Assembly: GCF_001194135.2 (NCBI RefSeq)
Contig: NC_068982.1
Coordinates: forward strand, 68,132,490 to 68,191,753
Reading direction: 5' to 3'
Source: Octopus bimaculoides
Taxonomy: Eukaryota
Length of the DNA stretch: 59,264 nt
Within the stretch, counting starts at the first letter, position 1. Each line of letters opens with the position of its first letter. This document shows positions 49,881-59,264 of this stretch, piece by piece. The notes beneath the pieces are model-generated. The model was given only the letters and a program-made list of their open reading frames with translations, ran no database searches and was not told where the DNA came from. Both the position numbers and the translations under genes were made by a program.

Positions 49881-51969
49881 TAAGAAGAAGAACAAGGAGG
49901 AGATAGATATGTAGATAGACAGGCAAGCAGTCTGGTCGTTTGGACTCTCGTCTGTCAGTGAAACTAATGCAAACTAGAGCATACAGACAGAACAACATTC
50001 TCAACTTACAATAATATTTGTTTCAACACATGATGTCCCATTAACAATGTTGCAAAACATATACAAATGCAAAAATAATGATAAATTCTTTTATAATGCT
50101 CACTCAGACACATATTATCTTCTTTTGACTGGTATACATTTCAAATTCCAATACTAAGAAAAACTTAAGGAGTGGTTATTACTATGTTTTACTTGACAAC
50201 TTGCCTAGAAATGCAAGAATGTGTCATTTAGAAAGGATATTGATTTAGGATGTGACATACCTGGAAGTTATTGTTTACTGTAAAGGAGATAGATAATCAT
50301 TTCTAGATCAATTCAGACATGACTGGAAGTTTGAATTTTAAATCTTATGTTTTATGATTTTTCAACAATACTAGTACTTTGGGGACAAGCAAGGATTGGC
50401 TGTGTGATTAAGAAGTTTGTTTCATAACTACATGGTTTTGGGTTTGATCCCACTGTACATTATGTTGGAGCAAATGACTTGTAATATAGCTTTGTGTTAA
50501 CTCTACAGAAATTTGTATGCATGTAAGTATGTATGTATGCATGTGTTTGAATGTATATGTATGTATTTATATATGCATCTGTTTTTAATTATTTGAATTC
50601 TCCTCTGAGGAAAGAGCTGGTTTCTAACAAAGATACAAAGCTCTATCTTTAGAAAAAATTTACATTTTAAACTTGATAAAAGTGTTGCAGATTTTTACTG
50701 TTTTCCATACATATTGTATTTGTAATGCATGTGTTTGCTAGTTGACTAGTGATTTTGTAATCCCAGCTTTTCCAGATCATCACTTATGCATTTATTTGAA
50801 AAACCTAGTACACCAATTATTATGGGTATAAATGAGAATTTACAATCTGGGTTTCACAGCTGGAGGCTTTAAAACTGTTGTCTATAGTTATCCTCTTTCT
50901 CTTTGATTTTCGAAGAAATATTCACATCAATAAGGCACCTAATTTCAATGAAATATTTCACTTTTTGATTTTACGAATGACACCTGGGTTGTGGGAATTT
51001 TTACAATGATTCTCTTCTCAGCCAAGCAAATCTAGCATCTTCTTCTTTCATTCAGATGTTTCAGCAGTTTTCATTTGATTTTGTAGAGTTCATTCCTCTT
51101 TTAATTGCCATATATAGCTGACTGATGTTGCAGCATTGTGCACATCTTGGACCTGAGACTGTTAAACTGACCTTGAAGGGGCTTCCATTGCCACAACATA
51201 TATTTGTGTGAGTGTCCCTCCATTGTTGTTGTGTTTGCTGTTGTTGGACAAACTCACCTCTGCTTTATAGACCACAGATTCAGTAATTCCCACGATCAGA
51301 GTGCTTTTCTGAAGTCAAAAAGTGAAATACTTAGTCACTGCTTTCATAATCAAAAATTCGTTTTGGCAACATCCTCATTTTTTTTTTTTTTTTAGACTAA
51401 AGAATGGAAAGCTGTACATACCCATAAATGACCCCTTCAGCCATAGCTGATATTGTCCTATGGAAGGCAACTTTTCTTTCCCTCCCAGAAAATATTATTA
51501 TAACTTTTCATCACTTATTCATTTTTCTCTCTGTCATCACCAAATGAACCAGGACTATGCATGTACCTCCATCATAAAAAAGGCTATGTACTTCCAGCCA
51601 GTATGTCTGAAGAATTGTCATTATTACCAAGGGCAATAGCCAGTGTGAAAACACCAGTAACATTTTGACTAGTTATATGCCATAACAGTAATATACAGCT
51701 TGAAATAAAAGTATTGCTTTTTTAGTGTTCTTTATTTCTGACATATAGACAACTGAGCAATAATATATATAACATATATTTGTGTGTGTGTGTGTGTTTT
51801 AATATTGTATATTTGTAAGAAAAACAAAACAAAAAGAGTATTTTACAAAGTCCCTGTAGTATTGGTTCTGTATCAAATTACAGACACTCCCATATCACTC
51901 TCAACAGCAGAAAATGTAATGAACTAATAATTGACCTGCTAGAAATAAATGATACTATTGTTTATCCTC

Positions 51970-52330
51970 ATCATAATCATTATTTAATGTCCACTTTCCA
52001 TGCTGGCATAGGTTAGACAGTTTAACTAGAACTGGTAGGCCAGAGAGCTGCACTAGGTTCCAGTCTGATTTGACATGGTTTCTATGCCTGGATGCCCTTC
52101 CTAATGCCAATCACTCTGAGAGTGTAATGGGTGCTTTTTACATGCCACCAGCACAGGTGCCGTCTACATGACACCAGCAATGGCCACAACTACAATTTCA
52201 CAGGTGCCATTTACATGACACTGGCAATGGCTACAACTATGACTTCTCTAGGCTTGACAAGCCTTCTCAAGCACAACATATCACCAACGGTCTCAGTCAC
52301 TTGTCATCACCTCCATGAGACCCAACATTC
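51970..52330 (-). mobile_element. Repeat with RTE-type tail (older copy)
   Basis: catcataatcattatttaatgtccactttccatgctggcatagg...ggatgcccttcctaatgccaatcactc. Homologous to 33960-34250. Confidence 0.65.
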
Positions 52331-52384
52331 AAAGATCATGCTATCAGCAATGGCCACGATTATGATTTCATTGATATATTGATA

Positions 52385-53303
52385 TGTGAAACAACTTCTA
52401 TCTCATTCCAGGGTGAAAAACTAGAGGTAGTCGATAGCTTCCGCTATCTGGGCGACCAAGTTAGTAGTGGGGGTGGGTGCGCTGAAAGTGTAGCTGTTAG
52501 AATAAGAATAGCCTGGGCAAAGTTTAGAGAGCTCTTACCCCTGCTGGCGACAAAGGGACTCTCATTCAGAGTAAAAGGCAGACTGTATGACGCATGCGTA
52601 CGAACAGCCATGCTACATGGCAGTGAAACANNNNNNNNNNNNNNNNNNNNNNNNNNNNNNNNNNNNNNNNNNNNNNNNNNNNNNNNNNNNNNNNNNNNNN
52701 NNNNNNNNNNNNNNNNNNNNNNNNNNNNNNNNNNNNNNNNNNNNNNNNNNNNNNNNNNNNNNNNNNNNNNNNNNNNNNNNNNNNNNNNNNNNNNNNNNNN
52801 NNNNNNNNNNNNNNNNNNNNNNNNNNNNNNNNNNNNNNNNNNNNNNNNNNNNNNNNNNNNNNNNNNNNNNNNNNNNNNNNNNNNNNNNNNNNNNNNNNNN
52901 NNNNNNNNNNNNNNNNNNNNNNNNNNNNNNNNNNNNNNNNNNNNNNNNNNNNNNNNNNNNNNNNNNNNNNNNNNNNNNNNNNNNNNNNNNNNNNNNNNNN
53001 NNNNNNNNNNNNNNNNNNNNNNNNNNNNNNNNNNNNNNNNNNNNNNNNNNNNNNNNNNNNNNNNNNNNNNNNNNGGCACATAAAAGACACCATTTCGAGC
53101 GTGGCCGTTTTCGTGCGGGTGACACGTAAAAGCACCCACTACACTCTCTCAGTGGTTGGCGTTAGGAAGGGCATCCAGCTGAAGAAACTCTGCCAAATTA
53201 GACTGGAGCCTGGTGTTGCCATCCGGTTTCACCAGTCCTCAGTCAAATCGTCCAACCCATGCTAGCATGGAAAGCGGACGTTAAACGATGATGATGATGA
53301 TGA
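52385..53303 (+). mobile_element. RTE-clade LINE 3' portion (spans a gap) with 3' UTR and (GAT)n tail
   Basis: EKLEVVDSFRYLGDQVSSGGGCAESVAVRIRIAWAKFRELLPLL...KGRLYDACVRTAMLHGSET is the post-RT region typical of RTE. The 3' UTR ends ggaaagcggacgttaaacgatgatgatg. Confidence 0.8.
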
Positions 53304-53305
53304 TA

Positions 53306-53468
53306 CTGTATTTGATGGCATATAAGACACACTTTTCCCAAAACATGTCCTCAAAACACATTACCCTTAGTTCTACAAGTGAAGTTGGTACACTCATAAA
53401 TGAATATGCACTGCTGAAATTGGGTTGCATTCAATATGCCTGTGTATCTTTTGTGTCATCATATATGG
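53306..53468. mobile_element. pogo/Tc1-superfamily MITE (same family as 22257-22452)
   Basis: TA|ctgtatttgatggcatataagacac ... gtatcttttgtgtcatcatatatgg, sharing the internal acactgctgaaattggg. Confidence 0.65.
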
Positions 53469-53869
53469 TGAAATAAATATATACAATATATAATTAAAAT
53501 CATACTATGCAAATAAATCTATATGTATTTAATATCACTATAAAACTCAGTGCCATGGTTTGACCACAGAATTTTCCTTGGCAGCATGAAACAAGGATCA
53601 AACAGACTAGTTTTACTCTTTTATAGCTCATCAGGAGTCACTCACATCTTCCTTCCAAACTGATTTTTTCTTTTGGTCAGGAGCAAGAGCTGTGCTAAGA
53701 CCTTTTACATGATCTCTGAATCTAGTGGGGAGAAGGGGAGAAGGGGAGGTCTCTTCAAACTCAAAACCTAACCAAAATGTTTACAATAGAATGAACTCTA
53801 TTAAAGGCACTCGTGGATGAGGACCAGCTGATGGTGCTAAACCAGGCAATGGATTAGATCTATGTAGGC

Positions 53870-54225
53870 TACTGCAGGATTTGAACTTAGAATACAAAAC
53901 AAGAACTGGAACAAATGTTACAAGATATCACATTTGACGCTCTAACAATTTTGTCAGTCCACCGTTTAAGCTTGTTAATTTATTTAACGACTCTGGAAGA
54001 ATAAGAGACAAAGTTGACCGCAATGGTTTTTTAACTTAGAATGCAAAACAGATACAACAAACGTTACAAAGCATCATGTCTAATGCTCTAACAGTTTTGC
54101 CAAGCCATCACTTAAGGTTGTTAATTTATTTATCAACCCTGGAAGGATGAGTGGCAAAGTTGACCTCAGTGAGATTTGAACCCAGATGATAAGACATCAG
54201 AATAAATTCATCCAATGTTCTAATA
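53870..54225 (-). mobile_element. Three head-to-tail partial SINE family A copies
   Basis: Repeated units aaagttgacc...tttgaac(t/c)cagaat...ctctaacaa/gttttg(c/t)ca at about 53870, 53980 and 54118. Confidence 0.55.
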
Positions 54226-54484
54226 AAAATAAATAAATGCACTCTTTTAAAGCCTAGCCAGACTCATGGGCCCGGTTTCCCGGTTTCAATGGCGTATGTG
54301 TTCCCCAGCTGGACGGGACGCCAGTCTATCACAGCGTTACTCATTTTTGCCAGCTGAGTGGACTGGAGCAACGTGAAATGAAGTGTTTTGCTCAAGAACA
54401 CAATGCATCACCCGGTCCAGGAATCGAAACCACAATCTTACGATAATGGTGCTGACTCCCTAACCACTAAGCCACGCGCTTCCA
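54226..54484 (-). mobile_element. Complete tRNA-derived SINE family B with 13-bp target-site duplication
   Basis: Flanked by direct repeats caatgttctaata (54213-54225 and 54485-54497). The head is tRNA-like, the 3' tail is (TTTA)-rich and CpGs are intact. Confidence 0.85.
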
Positions 54485-54984
54485 CAATGTTCTAATACTA
54501 CCATGTAAATAAGATTGCTGCCTAACATGAGAGTGAATTCCGATAAACATTAAGAATAATAAAACTAATCAGTTCAATCCTCATCCCCAGCTGTCATAAG
54601 ATTAATCTGTAATTTAATGATGTGGCTTAATTTCACAGCATGACCAAATATATGATTCTGTATGTTAATTCATTCATAATGCACACTGTGTTGTTATTCA
54701 AGTACAGCCAACCACCAACCATGAATGAATATGACTTGGTAACATGCACCATGCTTTTGCTAATTGCTTTAGATACCTATGTAGTCATAGTGGAGGTGCA
54801 ATGACCCAGTGATTAGGGCAGCGGACTCGCAGTCATAGGATCGCGGTTCCCCTGCCTTCAGTCTTGGAAACCCTATAAATGGTCAAGGGCACTACCTTCC
54901 TACCTGACTAAAGCATAAATAAATAAATTTTATGTGTGCATATGTGTATGCATGTGTGTGTGCATGCATGTGTGCGTGTGTGTC

Positions 54985-55145
54985 GGAGTGGTTGGTGTTA
55001 GGAAGGGCATCCAGCTGCAGAAACTCTGCCAAATCAGATTGGAGCCTGGTGTAGCCATCTGGTTTCACCAGTCCTCAGTCAAACCGTCCAACCCATGCTA
55101 GCATGGAAAGCAGACGTTAAACGACGACAATGATGATGATGATGT
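54985..55145 (+). mobile_element. RTE-type 3' tail
   Basis: gtggttggtgttaggaagggcatccagctgcagaaactctgcc...catgctagcatggaaagcagacgttaaacgacg followed by (gat)n. Confidence 0.75.
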
Positions 55146-55194
55146 ATGTGAGTGTAGAAGTATATCTTTCATCATTGTACATTAGTGAGAAAAA

Positions 55195-55520
55195 CTGGCA
55201 CTCCATCAATTACAACAAGGGTTCCAGTTGATCCTATCAATGGAACAGCTTGCTCATGAAATTAACATGCAGGTGGCTGGCTGAACCCTCCACAGACACA
55301 TGTACCCTTAACCTGGTTCTCAGTGAGATTCAGTGTGATAATGAATGTGACAAGACTGGCCCTTTGAAAATCAGGAACTACTTATTTTTGCCAGCTGAGT
55401 GGACTGAAGCAGCATGAAATAAAGCATCTTGCTCAAGAAAACAACACATCACTAGCAATCGAACTCACAACCATATGATCATAAGCAAAATGCCCTAACC
55501 ACTAAGCCATGCACCTTCAT
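55195..55520 (-). mobile_element. tRNA-derived SINE: family B head and core with the 3' module of the 44655-45030 element
   Basis: Head ccctaaccactaagccatgc (+ strand view), core cagctgagtggactgaagc...cttgctcaaga, 3' module gggttccagttgatcc...cacagacacatgtacccttaac. Confidence 0.7.
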
Positions 55521-56451
55521 GGGTGAGAAGAAAACAAAAACCATCGCCTTACAAAAAAAGGCATGGAATTTTTGAAGGATACAGAGTTCTGACAGCTAAC
55601 AACCAATGCTGGTAGGGAAAAAATGCTTTGAATGTCATAGGGGCTGTGGTGGTTTCTTTTTTTTCTTTTAAGCATTACGCAGAAACCTGTTTTTTTTTTT
55701 GTTGTTGTTTATTTTGTAAATACTTGCTTGTTTCAAATGAAGTGTACATGATTGTTAACAAGTGTCTGTTGTGTTACACAGAGATAGGCTAAAATGGTTT
55801 CATGCACCTGTCAGTTGAGTATAAACAGCCATTGTCTATTCCAGGCCTGCCTCTGTTGATCAAAAGTTAGAAATGGAAATTATTCCCATATTCAGTCGCC
55901 ATGACAAATTATGCATCATTGAGTTATTGATCTCAATTAGAGTGGAAAATGTTGCTTGATTGCTTAGTTGAAATTATAATCCTGTTGTTAGACCAACATG
56001 CTTTCCCCCCCCCCTCTCTCTCTCTCTCTATTTAGAGCAAAGGCTAGCGACACCTTTATTAATAATGGTTGAATAAACTGATAATTTTTTTATCTTTAGA
56101 CAGCAGAAAAACTAATGGTATCGTTTTTCTTTTTTTTTTACTTTTCTTTTTTTGGTGTGACATGCATAGCTGAGAATAAATATCATCTATGTATTCTATA
56201 CTTTCTGAATGATTGGTTTTAGTTTTTTGGTTCCAGTTGTATTTGTCCAATAAAACACGTTCAAGTTTAACCAACTTTACAGTGTTCGGCATTGTGTGTA
56301 TGTGTGTGTGTGTGTGTGTAATTCAAGTAGTGAAGATTTAATTTCTTCATAAGGGATTATTCATAACAATCCAGATACCAATTTGTGTTATCAAATATAT
56401 TGAAAGAAGGTTCCACAATATATATGTACAAACAGTTCAAAAATGATAATG

Positions 56452-56755
56452 AAAGAAAATGGAGAAGAAAAATATATAGTGGATACTTGGTTAAATTTAC
56501 TAGTATCACAATGAAAAAGTAATATCTATAAGATTCAGGACACAAGGGGACCTGATCAACAAAACAAAGGACCAAAGAAATAACCAAAAAGATCCTACTA
56601 CATATGTTTCAATCCACCTTTAGGTTTGAATTATCACCGTTTTGTTGATCAGGTCTCTTTATATTTTGGATCTTATATGTATTACTTTTTCATTGTGATA
56701 CTAATAAATTTAACCAAGAATCCACTATATATTTTTTCTTCTCCATTTTCTTTTA
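56452..56755. repeat. ~115-bp inverted repeat pair with ~75-bp spacer, possibly a Penelope-like element terminus
   Basis: Left arm aaagaaaatggagaagaaaaatatatagtggatacttggttaaatttactagtatcacaatgaaaaagtaat...gacctgatcaacaaaa is nearly the reverse complement of 56640-56755. Confidence 0.75.
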
Positions 56756-56844
56756 TCATATATATATATATATATATATATATAACAATGGTCATTCTCA
56801 TAAAATCAAAAACACAACACAGCATCTATAACAACAATTTTCAT

Positions 56845-57030
56845 ATTCACTATTGACAATTGGAGTTGGTTTGTTTACATCCTTGTAACTTGGTGGTTCA
56901 GCAAAAATGACTGATAAGGTAAGTACTGGATATAAAGAAAAGTAAATCTTGGGGTTGGTATGTTCAACTAAATCCCTCAATGGAGTGCTCCAGCATGGCT
57001 GCAATCCAATGACTGAAACAAGTAAAATAT
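56845..57030 (+). mobile_element. SINE family C, 3' half
   Basis: attgacaattggagttggtttgtttacatcc...ggagtgctccagcatggctgcaatccaatgactgaaacaagtaaaa. Confidence 0.65.
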
Positions 57031-57129
57031 AGAACATAAAAGACAAAGCATGGAATGCATTGTGGAATGTATCGTAAGCAGAGTGCAAGAAACATGCAAA
57101 GTATGCATGCATATACATGCATAGATATG

Positions 57130-57180
<51 letters not shown>

Positions 57181-57814
57181 NNNNNNNNNNNNNNNNNNNN
57201 NNNNNNNNNNNNNNNNNNNNNNNNNNNNNNNNNNNNNNNNNNNNNNNNNNNNNNNNNNNNNNNNNNNNNNNNNNNNNNNNNNNNNNNNNNNNNNNNNNNN
57301 NNNNNNNNNNNNNNNNNNNNNNNNNNNNNNNNNNNNNNNNNNNNNNNNNNNNNNNNNNNNNNNNNNNNNNNNNNNNNNNNNNNNNNNNNNNNNNNNNNNN
57401 NNNNNNNNNNNNNNNNNNNNNNNNNNNNNNNNNNNNNNNNNNNNNNNNNNNNNNNNNNNNNNNNNNNNNNNNNNNNNNNNNNNNNNNNNNNNNNNNNNNN
57501 NNNNNNNNNNNNNNNNNNNNNNNNNNNNNNNNNNNNNNNNNNNNNNNNNNNNNNNNNNNNNNNNNNNNNNNNNNNNNNNNNNNNNNNNNNNNNNNNNNNN
57601 NNNNNNNNNNNNNNNNNNNNNNNNNNNNNNNNNNNNNNNNNNNNNNNNNNNNNNNNNNNNNNNNNNNNNNNNNNNNNNNNNNNNNNNNNNNNNNNNNNNN
57701 NNNNNNNNNNNNNNNNNNNNNNNNNNNNNNNNNNNNNNNNNNNNNNNNNNNNNNNNNNNNNNNNNNNNNNNNNNNNNNNNNNNNNNNNNNNNNNNATATA
57801 TATATATATATATA

Positions 57815-57815
57815 T

Positions 57816-57900
<85 letters not shown>
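57815..57900. repeat. (GATA)n microsatellite
   Basis: Directly visible. Confidence 0.95.
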
Positions 57901-57902
<2 letters not shown>

Positions 57903-58033
57903 TGTATATGTGTGTATATATATATATATGAAAAATTTTAATGAGAGTTTAGGAATCAATATATATATATACAAGCATATATGTATGCATGTGTGTATGT
58001 ATGTTTGTATGTATATACATGTGTGTATGTATG

Positions 58034-58138
58034 TCATTCTTCAGTTTTATTTCAAGATTTCTTGCCAATAGAGAAAGAGCTGCTTTCTAACTTAGATCCA
58101 AGGCTCCCTCATTGGAATTTCAACAACATGAAAAGAGT
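58034..58138 (-). mobile_element. Family D short element in (TATG)n
   Basis: Near-identical to 42287-42388. Confidence 0.75.
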
Positions 58139-58159
58139 ATCTATGTATGTTTTGTTTTA

Positions 58160-58546
58160 TGTATGTACTTTCACGCATATAGCTGCATGTCTAGACATGA
58201 TCATATATACTTAAATGATGAACTTCTGGGAAGTTTTACAAATTTTCATAGTTTCAGTGATGGTTTGGATCTGTAGTCTTCAAATCAGCTTTCTTCTTTC
58301 TGGTTTTGAGAAGCCTAATTTCTCAAGACTGGTACTGACGTACTGTGTTACATATACTAGTTCCCCAATAATTACTGGTATAAACCTGGAGTTGTAATCT
58401 GGGAAGAGTAATTGTAGATTTCTCAATTGTTTGGCATAAGTATTTTCTTTTTTGCTGATCTTTGTCTTTATGTTAACATCCACTGGGTAGCTGATTTCCA
58501 CAACTGTATGCCGTTTCTCTTCTCTATCCCAAATCATTATGTTATT
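58160..58546 (-). mobile_element. R4/Dong-like LINE 3' end: RLE domain, stop codon and short 3' UTR, flanked by (CATA)n
   Basis: IMIWDREEKRHTVVEISYPVDVNIKTKISKKENTY...FIPVIIGELVY...*RLQIQTITETMKICKTSQKFII* (terminal stop at 58211-58213) has the D...E(I)S-P-D...K-K...Y...PxIIG RLE pattern. Confidence 0.75.
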
Positions 58547-58721
58547 ATGTATGTATGTATGTATGTATGTATGTATGTATGCATGCATGTATGTATGTAT
58601 GTAAGTATGCATGTATGTATGTGTGTATGCATGTATGTATNNNNNNNNNNGTAAGTATGCATGTATGTATGTGTGTATGCATGTATGTATGTGTGTGTGT
58701 ATGTATGTATATATGTATGTA

Positions 58722-58822
58722 TTGCTCGGGTTTATTTCAAGATTTCTTGCCATTAGAGAAAAAGTCAGTTTTTAACCTAGATCCATGGCTCTTTCATTAA
58801 AATTTCAACATCAACAACAGGG
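58722..58822 (-). mobile_element. Family D short element in (TATG)n
   Basis: Near-identical to 42287-42388, with (TATG)n on both sides. Confidence 0.75.
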
Positions 58823-59264
58823 TATGTATGTATGTATGTATGTAGGTATGTATGTATTTGTGCAGATTTGTATGTTTTGCTTTATGTATGTATAGCAATG
58901 CACCCTGGCGTTGCCTGGATGTTATGACATACAGCCATATTGTATTATTTGTTCCTTTCTTATGGGCAAAATCAGCACAGATGATACATCGTGAACTGGA
59001 TTACTGGCATAATGGAAGTTATTGTTTGTTTAAAAGTGAAGCAGGGGAGGGTACAACTTGCACGGGTTTGCATGAAAGTGCTTTCTCTTCTTAAGAAGGA
59101 TCACAAACTATGTATTGTTTCATTGTATAAAGGGGGTTTAATACGATTTTTCCCAGAAATCACATTTTCAGAATTTTAGTTTCCCCACATCCTTCCACAA
59201 TTTCTTAATTTGTGACTTTTTTACGAATTTTTTTTTTTTTTATCATGTAGAAAAATACAGACAT

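Noticed and set aside
58601-58690. Exact 40-bp direct repeat on both sides of a 10-N gap
   Set aside because: Most likely unmerged contig overlap, i.e. an assembly artefact.

Overview
AT-rich, microsatellite-dense animal genomic DNA with assembly gaps. The repeat families look like those of an octopus or other coleoid cephalopod; this is inference, as no search was run. One protein-coding gene is well supported: a five-exon + strand nuclear receptor of the NR6A (HR4/GCNF) group. Its exons are 16257-18082, 18786-18934, 19944-20005, 20824-21805 and 23534-23733, giving 3219 nt (1072 aa plus stop) with all introns GT-AG and phases consistent. It has a ~589-aa N/Q/H-rich N-terminal domain, a CEGCKG P-box DNA-binding domain split by an intron, and a ligand-binding domain ending in a non-canonical AF-2. 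A candidate promoter lies at about 7.3-7.8 kb. I recognise no other host gene. The rest is decayed mobile DNA: several SINE families (one forming a nine-copy head-to-tail array 3' of the gene), RTE, R4/Dong-like, Hero-like, L1/Tx1-like and CR1-like LINE fragments, TA-flanked Tc1/mariner-superfamily MITEs and probable Penelope relics. There is also a degenerate 18S rRNA fragment. The most interesting items are the recurrent SINE tandem arrays, an apparently (CATA)n-targeting RLE retroelement, a fold-back hairpin, and conserved or regulatory motifs at the HR4 N-terminus. Repeat boundaries were read by eye and are approximate unless a TSD or TIR is quoted.
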